Positions 13,661 to 26,914 of a stretch of 64,000 nt of DNA are shown here, one piece after another. The notes beneath the pieces were generated by a model. That model was not told the origin of the DNA. It saw only the letters and a list, made by a program, of their open reading frames with translations, and made no database searches. Positions within the stretch are counted from its first letter, which is position 1, and each line of letters opens with the position of its first letter. Source of the DNA: Callorhinchus milii (taxonomy: Eukaryota); NCBI RefSeq assembly GCF_018977255.1, contig NW_024704742.1, positions 120,282,001 to 120,346,000 of the forward strand, given 5' to 3'. Position numbers and translations under genes: made by a program.

Positions 13661-13916
13661 AGCATTAAATGTATCAGCTATTAACACATGGTCTTATGTT
13701 GAGTGGAGAATAATCCATAATAATAATAATAATGATGAGCGGGTGACAAATCTGGATATATTCCAACCTCAACACCTTCAATCTTTACTTTGACAAGCAG
13801 AAAGCCATCTCTAAAAATGTCACAGCAAAGACAGAGCACAAACAAGTCGAATCTTCTATTTTTCAAATCTGTATTCTTTACTGTACTACTTTTTCTGGTA
13901 TTAGTTAATTCAGTAG

Positions 13917-15140
13917 CAACAACATACATTTATATTGTGTCCTTCAAATAGAACAAGTCTTGGAGCGCTTCACCATGGCAGGGACAGACACAGTATGAAA
14001 AGTGAGATGACCATAGGTGCGATTGAAGAGGTAGATTTCAAGGTGAGATTTTAAGACCAATAGAGAGGAGGCGAGATGAGGGGTAGAGGGAGACAGTTCA
14101 GAAGGTTAGGGACCCAGAACCAGAAAGCTCAGCTACCAGTTATAGCGTTGGCAAGGTGGGAGCACGCATCAAGCTCGAGCAGAAGAGATGGGGAGGTGCT
14201 GGGAGGTGAAGGGATTTGTGAGTGAGGGTGAGACAGGAAGCCAGCAGAGCTTGGCAAGAACTGGGTAATGGAAATGCAAAGTTTGGTCGGGTGAGAATGT
14301 GGGTGGGGGAGTTTTCAATAAGTTGACATTTATGGATGGTGGAACAGGGAGACCAGTGAATAGTGCACTTTAAAAGTCTAGCTGGAGATGATGAAGCAGT
14401 GTATAAGGGTTTCTGCCATATTTAGATATAGGCGAGGCAATGGCAGAAGTGGGCAATGTGGCAGAGGTGAAGAAAAAGAGTTTTAGTCAGAGTCTGGATT
14501 TCAAGGAGGAAGGAGAGCTGAGGATCAAAGTGGTGTCCAGTTTGCCCACCGGTTCAGTCTGTTTGAGAGAGAGGCTGTGGAGGTTAAGGAAGTCAGAGAC
14601 CAGGAATGTGGAGACTTTTTGGGGGGAGCCAAAGAGGATTGCTTCTGTCTCTGGGCTTCTGTCTTAAGAAGTCTGGGACGCTACTGGGCATGAGGGCCGC
14701 TGTATAATTGCAAGTTGTTATTGTTGCCTTGTCCCTGTTTAGCTGGAGGAAATTTTGGCTCATCCAGTTCTTGATGCCTGACAGACAATCGGATAGAACA
14801 GCAACAGCTTGCATTTATATAGTGCCCCTCACACCGGATGGATTCTCAAAGTGCTTAACAGTGGCGGAGCCTGATGCTGGGGCAGGGGGATGGTGACCAT
14901 AGGCAAGGTCGAAGAGGGAGGTATTCAAGTGCTACCTGAAAATGGGGGGGAGAGAGGCAAGGCAAAGGGATTGAGGGAAAGAGTTTTAGGGCAGCAGTGG
15001 CCCTGAAATCATGAGTGGAAGTGGAAAAGTAGATTTGGGTGTTATCCGATTACATGTGGAAGTTAATCCCGTATCTGCAGATGATGTCACCAAGAGGGAG
15101 CATGTGGATGAGGAAGAGGAGGGGGCTGAGGATAGAGTCC
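13917..15140 (-). mobile_element. Old L2 LINE fragments (composite, second tail near 14800)
   Basis: LSDCLSGIKNWMSQNFLQLNRDK resembles L2 RT C-terminal sequence; tails near 13917 and 14800. Confidence 0.7.
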
Positions 15141-16102
15141 TGCCCTATTCAGCAGATATCTATTTATAGCTTAAATCATAGTTTGTAGCCTTCCCGTGTC
15201 ATTCTATGTAGTCTTAGCAGTAACTAATTTGTTCCATAAAGTTATAATATTGGTGGAGAATCCTGCTGTGTTATGGTTTTAAGTGACTTTGCCGAGTATC
15301 GTATCCTTTTCATTTTGAAAGGTAATTTACTGCAAGCAGTAAGTTACCCATCCAATAATATAGCCACTTAACACTTCAGCAGATGTTTAAAGAGGCAAGT
15401 GGCCTTTGTTTTAAAAAAAAGTGAGGCAGTAAAGGTGCAAAAGTAGTATTTTTAATAAGTGCGCAATTGGCTGCTGCGTTTTGTCCACAAAATACAGTCA
15501 ATCCACATTACAAAATATTATTGAAGCGTTTGGAGACGTCCCAACGACGTGACAAGGCACTATATTAAATGCAAGTATTATTGTTACTATTATTACTTAG
15601 TCCCAAGGGAAGAATCTTGGTCTTGATCAGACATTTTCTAGGTTAAATCCCTCACCGAGCGTTCAGTTTGTGATATATTCCAGGGTATTGTTAATGGTAT
15701 CTTTAATGGTATCTGGAGTTTACTTTTTCAAGTGAATATAAAAGGTCCTGTGGCAGTATTCTGAAAAAGGTCTTAAGCTTTTTGGTCAATTTTGGTCTGA
15801 GCTAAATACATCAAAAAATACCAGTTAAAATTTGGTCATTCATCATCATTGGTTATCCATTGCTTTTTCAGCATAATAATATTGGCATTAGCTCAGCTGC
15901 CACATTCACCTGCAATACAATCGGCACTGGGTTTCAAAGATTCAGACATTTGGACTGGTGCTATTTCATGTGCAAGAATTATTGTCTTTCTTTCACTGTA
16001 AAAAATTGAATAATGCATTTATTATTTAAAAAAATTAATAAAGGGTTTTTCTTAATAACTTTTCCTTTAATTTCTGTTTATAATGTAAAATAAGATGAAT
16101 CA

Positions 16103-16438
16103 TAATAATAATACTTGCATTTGATATAGCGCTTTTCAAGTCGGGAGGACGTCCCAAAGCGCTTCACAGAACGCTCTGTAAAGTGAATTGGCTGTATATT
16201 TGTGGGCGAACGCAGCAGCCAATTGTGCACAGCAATGTCCCACAAACAGTCATAGATTGAAAATGACCAATTTATTATTGTTTTTGGTTTTGGAGGGATT
16301 ATTATTAGGCGTGTGGAGTAAGGAAACTTGCCCAAGGTTTGGCCCTGCCTGGAATTGAACTCAGGTCTCTCATTTGCAAAGCGAGTGCTCTAACCACTGA
16401 GCTACAGGACTCCACCAGCCACTGAGCTACAGGACTCC
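16103..16438 (-). mobile_element. SINE family A, short form, full length, with duplicated 5' end
   Basis: Sense head ggagtcctgtagctcagtggttagagcactcgctttgcaaatgagagacctgagttcaattccaggcagggc carries Pol III A-box and B-box motifs. Confidence 0.9.
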
Positions 16439-17079
16439 CATCTTGTTGCAAGGTGGCTTTTTGCCCAGTGCTTTCAGATTTCAAAATGGTTTATCTTTTG
16501 GGTACTGTTTAATATATAGATCTTGAAGACACCTTGAGTGATGTCCATTCATTTGTTACAAAATATTTCAGTGTTCAATATCAGATTATAATAAAAATGG
16601 AAATTGCCTCTTTAAATCAAGCATTTCATATCATGAAATCTGAACTTTACATTTAAAGAAATGATCAAGTATTATAACAAATTAAACTGTGCATTCTGGA
16701 TCGAGATAATCAAAAGATCACAAGAGAGTTTCGGATGAAGAAAGACCCTTCTGGCCGTTTAATCTCATCCTTTTTCAGATAACCTCCTTACTTCCCATCA
16801 AATCTACAACTCATTTTTTCAATGATTCCAACATCCTGGCCTCAACCACTCTTCCTGGTAAACTGTTTCAGTAATTAATTAACCTCTGGATAAAGAAATG
16901 CTGCACTTATCTGTCCTGAAAATAGCCCTTTGGAATCTTAAACTTGGGTCCTCTTTTGCTGTCTTGGCACATCCGAAAATATTGATCTGGGTTTACTTTC
17001 TCAATCCTATTTATCAACAACAACTTGCATTTCTATAGCGCCCTTCATGCTGGACCGGCATCTCGGAATGCTTTAAAAT

Positions 17080-18245
17080 CTCCTTTTAAGACTGAAGAGC
17101 TGTAGCTTGCCTAATAGTTCATAGCTGGAGTCCAAGTCCGTGAACACATGTTCGTACATCCGACGCCTAAAATCCACCTTGATTGGCTTGCAGAGAGGCA
17201 AGCAGCTGCTGCTTAACCTCTGCACCTCTAAATGGTGGAATAGTTGCTCAATGGGAAGGGACGAATGCCCGAGCTGCGGACAGGAAGACGGTGGCAATGC
17301 TCTCACGCATTTTATGCTGAGGTTTGTTGCCGGCCGGGAAGCTCACATGGAGTTCCTGGTACCTACCATCCACCTAGTGAAGGCTCAAAGCCGGGCTTGT
17401 TGGATGTCGAATGACCAACTAGTGACTATCCTCTGGGGCGGGGGAAGCGGGGTGGTAAACAGGGTCTCCTTGGAGCTGAACTGGCACCAGGGTGTCATAC
17501 TTGGCAACGAAATGTCAGAATCAAGCCACCCTCTGTGGCAGTCTCAGTAGTCCTGTTTCCGAGCCAGGTGAGTCTGCAGTTTTCCAGGGCACTGCTGATG
17601 ACAGCACAGCCAGCCTGGCTCATCGGCAGGACTTGGAAGGACAGACCAGTCACGGGGGGCAGGGAATCACCTGACTCAGCTCCTGTTAACCCTGCAAGCC
17701 AAAGCCCTAACAGATAGGGTGGTCCCACCTAGATAAGCAGCAGAAAAGCTTGTCAGACAGTGCTCTCAATGGCAAGCTATGCAGTTTTAGCTGATTAAAC
17801 TCCAGCAGTACCCCAACGCAAACTCCAGGGTCTACAAGCTTTGCCAACCTGCGCCTAATATGTCCCAGAATTAGGTAAGCAGGATGTGTCCCTCCAGGGA
17901 GAGAGAGTGCATTCCATTCCAATAAACACCTCTAGAATTTCCATGTATAGGTGGTGGGATGCATGGAATTCTCAGTTTGGTTTGGATACTCTTAAGCATA
18001 ATAATAATAATCCTTGCATTTGATATAGCGCTTTTCACATCTTCTAGACGTCTCAAAGCGCTTCACAGAATATGCTGTAAAGTAAATTGGCTGTATACTT
18101 GTGGGCGAAACTCGGCAGCCAATTGCACACAGCAGTGCTCCACAAGCAGTCGTGGATTGAAAATGACCAATTTATTATTGTTTTGTTTTGGAGGAATTAT
18201 TATTTTCATCAAGCATGGTGATTGATTTTCTCATGTGTCAGACAC
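17080..18245 (+). mobile_element. LINE family C: longest copy, ORF2 C-terminus plus long 3' UTR (RTEX-like, tentative)
   Basis: ORF 17140-17550 contains ECPSCGQEDGGNALTHFMLRF, a degenerate CxxC...H...C knuckle. The downstream 700 bp recur elsewhere in the window, and other copies end in gacacccagctgacc(A)n. Confidence 0.65.
18000..18210 (-). mobile_element. SINE family A, 5'-truncated, nested in a family C LINE
   Basis: Flanked by direct repeat aagcat at 17994-17999 and 18211-18216. Confidence 0.85.
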
Positions 18246-20202
18246 ACGGGTTTGGTAGCACTATTACCTCTGAGGCAGAAGATTGTGGGTTTAAGCTTGA
18301 CATTGTGACTTTGAAATCACTGTCAAGCCTCACACTTGAATTTAGTGCTTGGGGAAGTGTTGCATTGTTGGCTTTGGATAAGACTTTTTACTGGGTTCCT
18401 GTCTGCTTGTTCAGGCTGTTTTTACGTTAAAGATTCCATGGAACTCACATTCATGTTCAAATCCTTTCACTCTCTGGCACCTCCTTACCTCTACGACCTC
18501 CTCACTCCCCAATCCACCATCGGAGATTGCACTTTCAGCCACTATGCCCCGAAACTCTTTACAGTAAATTCTGTGAAGCTCTTTGAGACATCCACTCAAC
18601 ATGAAAGGTACTATATCAAGTGCGAGGATTATTTTATTATTCCTTTTAGAAGTCAAGAGACACTGCGTCATACATCTTCCCACAATCAATTTGGCTGTCA
18701 TCTCCTCAAACTTTTTTATTGTGTTGGTCAGACAAAATCTGCCCCCTCTGAACCTTCCCTGGTTGTCATTTGTTAGATTATTTTTATTCATGTAATTTTC
18801 CATTTTCTTTCGGATGATTGACTCCCTCAGTATTATTGAGGTCAGATGGATCTGTACTTGCCAGGTATGGTTCTGTCACCTTCCCTCATTATGGAAAGCA
18901 TATTTGCTTGCTTCAAGTATGTTGGAACTTCATCAGTGATGATTTGACTCCCTCATAATGTCAAGTAAGGTTTTACAGTTGAATGCTGTTGAACAACTTC
19001 ATATTTAGGGAAAAACTGTGTGATATCTGCGTGGGTCAATTGGAGGTTCTGAACTTTAGTGTTTGTGCAGTTCTCCCACATAAACCTGTGCTCAGTATTC
19101 TTTCTTTCTTTAAATATCCAGTAATGTTACCTCTAAACAGGATTATCCAGCAAAAATAGGTTTGGCCCATACTCTAAAGTAATATCCTAATTTAATTGAT
19201 TCCAATTAGGCAGCAGATGACTCATAGTTCAACAGCGCTACATGTTGGCATAACTTTGGTTCGATCAAGTATAATACTAAACAGCCTGAAAATATCTAAG
19301 AAAGGACTTGCCAAAACAGTGGATATCTGGAAAATAAAATAAAAGTGATGACATCTCACAATTTTTCATAGGCATTCTATATCATTGATCTGGCATTACA
19401 GAGCATTACAAGGGCATTACTGTTCTGTGAAGTGCTTTCTGACATCCTATATAAATGTAAAAGTTGTATTGTTTAGAAAATAGTTTGAGGGCATTTGAGA
19501 ACGAATGTATTTACCTATGGAACTAACAGCTAACAGAATCTTGAAAACTCACTTGTTGGAGGCATTTTTGCAGAATTAAGGTAGTTGAGGATTTATGAAA
19601 AAGCTCCAGTGAGTCAGGCTAGTGAAAAGTGGGGGTAGGGTTAGAGTAGGTAACTGAATTAGCTGGATCCTAGTGAATAGAGAAGGATTCATGTGGACAG
19701 AGCTAAGCTGGCTGTTTAGAAGTGTTTCTGAAAAGCTGCCAGCTACATGGCAAATGTCAGACAGCAGGCGATTTGCAGCTAATTAACGTGTGTATTGAAT
19801 CTGTGGAATGCATTCAGATTGCCAACCAATGTAACGTAACTTGCCTTCATTGCTCTAGTGTTTGGTCAATCTGAAGCTCAATTCACAAGACTTGTGAACA
19901 GGTGTCTTTAGTTTTTGTGGTTAGTTTTAATAATTTGACACCGTATATAATATATATATTAGCAAAGTATTCAAATTCTAGGATTATTGCAGACAGAAGA
20001 TGATAACATTTAGTTTAAGCACATGGTTTTGCACTCAGCTGTTACCAATGCTAAGTTATTTTATATATGTGAGAAGTTCAGTTCATCAGATAAGCCATAT
20101 AGAGACAATTGGTTGTGAATCACTCTGTGAATGTTGCTGATATATCAAAATCCAAGTAAAAAACTTAATCAATTGTTTAAATAAACACATACATGTAGTG
20201 TC

Positions 20203-20950
20203 AAAACAACAACAACAAAATTACATTTATAGAGCGCCTTTCACATCGGGAGGACGTCCCAAAGCGCTGAACAGTCAGGTGTCGGGGCCCGAGCATGGGG
20301 GAGGGGTGGTGTAGGGGTGAGAGAAGGCAGAGAGGTGGGAGGGAGACCAAAGGCACGATTGAAGAGAAGGGTCTTGAGACTGGACTTGAAGGATGTAAGG
20401 GGGGAAGCGAGGCAATGGGACCGTGGGATGGAGTTCCAGAGTGTGGGACCAGAGAGGCTGAAAGCCCGGCCACCGATGGTAGATCGGGCGGGAGACATGG
20501 AGCAGACCAGAGCCTTCTGAACAGAGGGAGCGGGCAGGTTAGTAGGGAGTCAGCAGGTCAGAGAGATAGGAGGGGGCAAGGCCACGGATGATCTTAAAGG
20601 TGAGGATGAGGATCTTGAACTCGATCCTCTGAGGGATGGGGAACCAGTGGAGTCGGACGAGGGTGGGAGTGATGGGGTCACGGAGCCTGGTGCGTGAGAG
20701 TACACGAGCTGCAGAGTTTTGGATGATCTGCAGCTTGTGAAGGGAGGAGTTGGGAAGGCCGTAATCGAGCCTTTATGTGATGAAAGCGTGAATAAGGGTT
20801 TCGCAGTCTGAGGAGTGAGGCGGTGGCGGAATCTGGCAATGTTGCGGAGGTGGTGGTAGGCAGTGTCGGTCATGGCGTGGATGTGGCGGAGAAAGGACAG
20901 TTCAGGGTCAAACAAGATACCCAGGTTCCTGACTGGCTTAGTGAGGTACT
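20203..20950 (-). mobile_element. L2-clade LINE, 5'-truncated (post-RT ORF2 C-terminus, 3' UTR, (GTT)n tail)
   Basis: Translations VRNLGILFDPELSFLRHIHAMTDTAYHHLRNIARFR and STIGGRAFSLSGPTLWNSIP are typical of L2 ORF2; frameshifted. Confidence 0.88.
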
Positions 20951-21344
20951 GTTGCAACTTATGAATTTAAACCGCATCCGATTTATTTTCAACTCCAATC
21001 AAAATGTGCTTACATGGTATTTACGTTTAGGTACTGAAGAAGTGGCTCTTAAGTACCTTGAGGTTCCATGTACACTGTGGATGAAATCCACAACAACAGC
21101 GGTGGTGTGGGAACAACTGTGCGACTATTAACTCCTGCATGCTGCGGTTTCCAAGTTGCAAATCAGAACATTGTTTTCTGGCCAGGGACCTTCCCTGCTG
21201 TGCCACTGGCCTGTACAGACAGGTTCAGTGCCAAGCTTCTCTCCGGCCAGAATCCAAAATACTGCCAGAGGCATTTAGAAGGATATTTTGCCCCTCTGGC
21301 ACCTGCATTGCTACCTCGGAGGGGCTGAAGATTCACCTCACAAT

Positions 21345-21718
21345 GCCTGGCACAGTCGTCTCTGAGTCAGAAGGTTGTGGGATCAAGTCAAGTTGCGACT
21401 TGGAATCACATAGTCTAAGCTGCAGTGCTGGGGGTTGTTACATTGTCAGAGGTGCTGCCGTACGGATGTTCAGGTGGAAGTTAAAAATCATGGCACTATT
21501 CGAAAAGAGAAGGGAGTTTCTCTCTCCCAGTGTCCTGGCCAACAATCCCCCAAATAAAATTGGTCACAATTGCCATGGCTGTTTGTGGGCCGTTGCTGTG
21601 TGCAATTCGCTGTTGGATTTTGCCCACAAAATACACTTCACATTATATTCTGTGAAGCGCTATGAGATATCTCAATGATGTGATAAGGCACTATATCAAA
21701 TGCAAGGATTATTATTAA
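21345..21718 (+). mobile_element. SINE family B (Deu-type)
   Basis: ctctgagtcagaaggttgtggg...caggtggaagttaaaaatcatggcactattcgaa...gtgtcctggccaac; the 3' end resembles family A. Confidence 0.78.
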
Positions 21719-22819
21719 TACAGTTGTCAGCTTCTCTCTGAAGCATGAGTACTGCATCATTTATATTATAGCAGTTTTATAGCAATGACAGACTGTTTGC
21801 TGTTAATTATTCAAGTTTACAATCCAGTTTGAATATGAAGAACTTAATTTATGGCTCATTTAGTTTTTATTTGAGGCAATAAGAGGGGACCCACACGTTC
21901 ATGCAGTGACAATGGAGTACATGAGTAGTTAGTACATGAGCAAACAGTTAGTGTAAGGTTTATAGGACACCAAATGCCACGACGTTAACGCTGCTGATTG
22001 TGTTGGTGAGATGGTGCTATCTCCTTTACTTTCAGAGTGCCATGGACACTTAGAGTGCAGGGCTAATGTTGTCGGCACTTTCAGAAGCTTAGCCAGGCAT
22101 CAGAGGCGAGTTTTTTTTAACACAGATTCAGAGCATTCCAAGCCCATCAGTTGCTAATATGGGAAGCTGAAAGCTGATGAGAAGTGGAGTCACTTCCCGT
22201 TAAGCTGATAAATCCAGATCATAGAATTGTCTCTTGGTCAGATTCTTTTGATCTCAAAACAAGCATCAGGCAGACTCCTTGTGATACAGAAATAGAATTA
22301 AGGTTCTGAGAGGGTAGCAGCTAATCCACTTTCAAGATTGTGCAAATAGCATTGGACAGATGTAACAGAAGGTGCTTAGGAGAACAGACATGTCAGTAAA
22401 ATGTGTTCTCAATTTATAATGTCCAGTTTATACCATTGGAAGTGATGTATAGGGATTAGGAATGAGAAAGCCTGATTTACACTTCCTAGTCCTAATTAAT
22501 CGCATTGGTTATGGATTGAGGAGAATTCCTTGATAACTCTGATAACCCCTTTTTAAAAAATTAAAGTGTTACTAAATAGTCAACTATACGCCATCCAAAT
22601 TGATTTGCACCTGCTGTATTTACACTGCCATGGTGCATTCAAGTGCCCCTTATTATACTGCACTTATGGGTCAAACACTCCAGCAAGAAATTTTGAGGCA
22701 TCTTGACGACATGATAAGCGCTATATCAAATGCAAGGACTTATTATTAGTATTCATTATTATAATAATTATATTATTATTATTATAACAAGTTCACTTAT
22801 ATACTGGACATCTTATTTC

Positions 22820-23195
22820 TTCTGTAGCGTATTGGTTAGAGCAATCGCCTCGCAAGCGAAAGCACCTGGGTTTGATTCCTGGGCAAGGCGAAACATTAGG
22901 CAAGTTTCCTTATTCCACACACTTCTGCTTACCTAGCGGTAAGTAGGAACCCGATTGTTAGTCAATTGGCGGATTGCTTTTCTGAGGGTAATAATCTCTT
23001 TAAAAAATTGAAAAATTATAATACTTTCGTCTCTCAATCCACGGCTGTTTGTCGAACACTGCTGTGCGCAATTGGCTGCCGCATCTCACCCACAAATTAT
23101 ACAGTCAGTTCACTTTACAATATATTCTGTGAAGCGCTTTGAGACATATCGAAGATGTGATAAGGTGCTATATCAAATGCAAGGATTATTATTAA
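22820..23195 (+). mobile_element. SINE family A, long form
   Basis: Same architecture; a separate tail fragment lies just upstream at about 22690-22750. Confidence 0.85.
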
Positions 23196-24480
23196 TTTTT
23201 AAGATTGTGTTTTATTGACCTTTTATACTGTATTAGTGCAAATACATATTTGAAAACTCCAGCAAAAAAAATTGGAGACGATTCAGCTGGAATCATCTTT
23301 CCAGTGTTAGCTCATTGTCATTTGTACTCAATGTCTCTCTACTGACACTATTACAATACATAGGAGGAGAGATTCCTAGCTGAATGTAATTGTACTTGAA
23401 AAGTGTAAGCTATTCTCCTTGGCTAAATTGGCTCCACACACTCCTACTCCTTGCAAGCTCACTGTGTTCATATGAATATGCATCCCACTGCTTCACAATT
23501 TAACTCATCCTTCCCTACCTTGTACAGTCTACAGCTTTTTAAAATGAATTTTGGCACCACTTAACCACTTCATCTTGACTTCTTGAATACTTTTGAGACC
23601 TGTTAAGGCGAATAAAACATTTTGTGAAATATTTGGCAAAATATTTTGATAGCGTTCATAGTATTTTATTGGTACACGTTGTACTGGACAAAGACACTGC
23701 ATTTTACTCAGCTTTTTATGACAGTCTGTTCTGTCCATTTGAGATTTATTCAAGCAGCTGCAGTTTTGTAGGGAGCTGAGGGAGTGTTTTAAGGGCTTTT
23801 AATTCTGTGCTTCTGTTATTGGATACGTGATTACTTTTCACCAAAGTTAAATTGAAGATAATTTTAAAGTCTGATTTCTATTTAGTTGTGCAGAACAGAG
23901 ATGCTGGTTATAGATTGATGACCCAGAACATTTTCTGAACAAATGGTGAGATGCATTTTTATTTATGGGAGGATAACCACTGTGATTGCAACCCAGGGAG
24001 TTTCAACAATTACTGTAGAACATCATGACCGCTCTTAAAGCTTCAATGTCTTGTAAACTCAGGCTTGAGGTTTTGAAACTCAAATTGAAAACAAAAACTG
24101 CATTAGCTAAATAATTTTACATCCAATAGAATCTATTTTTGTCCAGCATAATTGTTTTCTGCATTCATTAGGGTGCTGGAGGACAGTGTTTGGAAACAGA
24201 ACATGGTTCTATTCTAGTCTTAGGTCAGCTATACCATTGGGTTGTAAAGTGGAGCTATCTCTAATTTGCACTAAGCATGAACTTTAATCAAAGCTCCAGG
24301 AGAGTATCTCATTCCGCACTTCATTTTCTACATCTGCCATTCTGATGGGTTATTCAAGATTGCCAATTTACTAACCATGAGAGGAAACTTCCTGTATTAA
24401 TTTTCATCCATTAGAATGTGGGTTCAGCCAATTCAATTTTATGCAACTTTAACAAAGTTTTTATTCAGACAAACTATTCA

Positions 24481-25100
24481 ACAACAACAACTTGGATTTA
24501 TATAGCACCCTCCACGCTGGACGGTGTCTCAGAGCGTTTTACAGTAACGGATCCCAGGGCCGAGCCAGGGGGAAGGGGAGGAAGGTGACCAAATGTGCGG
24601 TCGAAAAGAAAGGTTTTCAGCAGAGACCTGAAAATGGGAAGGGAGGGGTCGAGGCGAAGGGAGTGAGAAAGGGAATTCCAGAGTCTCAGGGTATAGTGGC
24701 TGAAGGCACGGCCGCCGAGGGTGGAGCGGAGGACTCGGGGGACAAGGAAGAGACCAGTCCCGGAGGAACGAAGGCAACGGGTACTGTTTTGAGGAGAGAG
24801 GAGGTCAGAGAGGTAGGGGGTGCAGAGGAGGTGAGGGATTTGAATACAAGGGTGAGGATCTTGAAGTCGATCCTCTCTGGGACAGGCAGCCAGTGCTTGA
24901 AACCAGAGTTTCAGCGGCTTTCGGAGAGAGGTATTGGCGGAGGCGGGCAATGCGTTGGAGGTAGAAGAAAGCGGTGCTGGTGAGGGACCGGATGTGGGTG
25001 AGGAAGGATAATTGGGGGTCGAAACTGACGCTTAGGTTGCGTACGGGTTCGGAGAATTTTAGGGGGAGGTCAGGTAGGTGGAGGAGGTGAGAGCCGTGAG
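24481..25100 (-). mobile_element. L2-clade LINE, 5'-truncated, internally deleted
   Basis: VRNLSVSFDPQLSFLTHIRSLTSTAFFYLQRIARLRQYLS and STLGGRAFSHYTLRLWNSL; (GTT)n tail. Confidence 0.85.
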
Positions 25101-25254
25101 ATTTTGGACGATTCACTTCTGTATCAATGCAGATAGTGTCAATTGATTTGGACACAACTTAACAATGGTCTTAGAAACAGTCTTGGGCAGTCTGTGACTA
25201 GCTAAGAAAGATTTGGCACTGGCTAACAGAGTTTTAAGCAACACCATAGTTCTA

Positions 25255-25860
25255 TTTTTTTTTGGTCAGCTGGGTGTCTGACACATATGGAAACTTATCA
25301 CCATGCTTAAGAGTATCCAAACCAAGCTGAGAACATCGCACCTACACATGGAAATTCCAGAGATAGATTGTTGGAGTGGAATGTGCACTCTCTCCCTGGA
25401 GGGACCATCCTGTTTATCTAATTCTGGAAAGTATTAGGCACAGATTGGCAAGAGCAGAGGCATGGGGACCCCAGAGTGTGCATTGATGTACTGCTGGAGT
25501 CTAACCACATAACTTGCCATTGAGCGCACTGTCTGACAAGCTTCCTGCTGCTTCTCTAACTAGGACCACCCTACCCATTAGGGCGTTGGCTTGCAGGGTT
25601 AACAGGAGCTGAGAGGGAATGATTCCTGTTCCTCCAGTGACTGGTCTGCCTTGCCAAGTCCTGTCGATGAACCAGGCTGGCTTGTGCTGTCATTAGCAGT
25701 GTCCCGGAGTACTGCAGACCCGCCTGGAACCAGATTAGCGAGACTGCCACAGAGGGCTGGATCGATTCCGACATCCAATTGCCAAACATGTTGTCACCTT
25801 GGAGCCAGTTCAGCTCCAAGGAGACCCTGCTTACCTCTCCTCCCACCAGGAGGATAGTTG
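25255..25860 (-). mobile_element. LINE family C 3' end with poly(A)
   Basis: Poly(T) then ggtcagctgggtgtctgacac...; colinear with the reverse complement of 17430-18245. Confidence 0.8.
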
Positions 25861-26407
25861 TACATGCATCAATCTTGTTCTATATGCATCATGCTCTTGT
25901 TCAATGTGATTTCAAAGAAGTAAGTATAAATCGGCCTTACTGCTCTTAAATGCTTTACTGCTAGAAGTGGTAACAAATTGCCTTTGCCAGTATTCGTTTG
26001 TGAGTGCATGTTTGTAGAGATAATGAACCTAAAGATGTGGGCAAAGCAATTACTAGGTACTGTAGAACATAAAATTGTTTAATTAAAAAAAATGAACAGT
26101 GGTTTAATGAACAATAATGACGTTCGAAAAATACCATTTAACTAGTAAAAGCTAGATTCTGGCAATTATAAAATGATCTTTGGATAAACAAAGCGGCTTA
26201 TACTCAGGAGTGATTGGATTGATTTTACAGTTACCTGTAATATAAATCCAAATGTTAATGTTAATTAAATGTTAAAAATTAATTTCTTGACTTTACAAAT
26301 GAACGATGTTGATTTTTTTNGGATAGATATGCACAATACGTCACTTTTACTGATTGCAATTTGTGTTGATTTATGGAACTAAAGTTTTGCAGTTTCATAG
26401 TTTATCG

Positions 26408-26715
26408 TGGAGTCCTGTAGCTGAGTGGTCGGAGCACTCACCTTGCAAGCGAGAGACCTGGGTTCGATTTCCGGCAGGGCGAACCCTTGGGCAAGTTTCC
26501 TTACCACATTCCTGATAATAATCCCTCAAGAAAAATAAACAATAACAATTTGGTCACTCAATCCACAACCATTTGTGAGACACTGCTGTGCACAATTGGA
26601 TGCCGCGTTTTGCCCACATTTATAAAGTCAGTTCACTTTACAGTATATTCTGTAAAGCACTTTTAAGACGTCTAGAAGAAATGAAAAGCGCTATATCAAA
26701 CGGAAGGATTATTAT
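26408..26715 (+). mobile_element. SINE family A, short form, full length
   Basis: ggagtcctgtagctgagtgg...gggttcgatttccggcagggc head and (TTA)n tail. Confidence 0.88.
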
Positions 26716-26914
26716 TAGTATTATTTTTTAAAAAATGAGCATTTCAAATAATATTGCAATGTCCACTGAATATGGCAGTTTTGTCTAAAGTGAGTTGGAC
26801 AAATGTTTCTAAAACAGCAACTAAATGACAAGTGTCTGTATGTTAGTGTCCTCCTTAGATGAAGGCAAAGGTTTCTCCTTGGGGTTTCTCCTGGCTTCAA
26901 GGTGCCATTGCATG

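Noticed and set aside
13398..13684. Near-identical short ORFs repeated at 13398, 16078 and 36527, resembling a small-protein family
   Set aside because: They are translations of young SINE copies ending in (TAT)n; no coding evidence.
16345..16413. tRNA-Ala(TGC)-like cloverleaf (also at 26409-26481)
   Set aside because: It is the head of SINE A and continues directly into SINE body and tail; not a tRNA gene.
17592..17640. Hammerhead ribozyme suggested by CTGATGA
   Set aside because: No GAAA after a stem II, and the CTGATGA is itself base-paired in a hairpin.
21139..21678. 179-aa ORF, the longest in the track
   Set aside because: Its 3' two-thirds lie in a Deu-type SINE; no domain is recognisable.
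26320..26320. Ambiguous base n (another at 63236)
   Set aside because: Assembly ambiguity next to homopolymer runs; not a biological signal.
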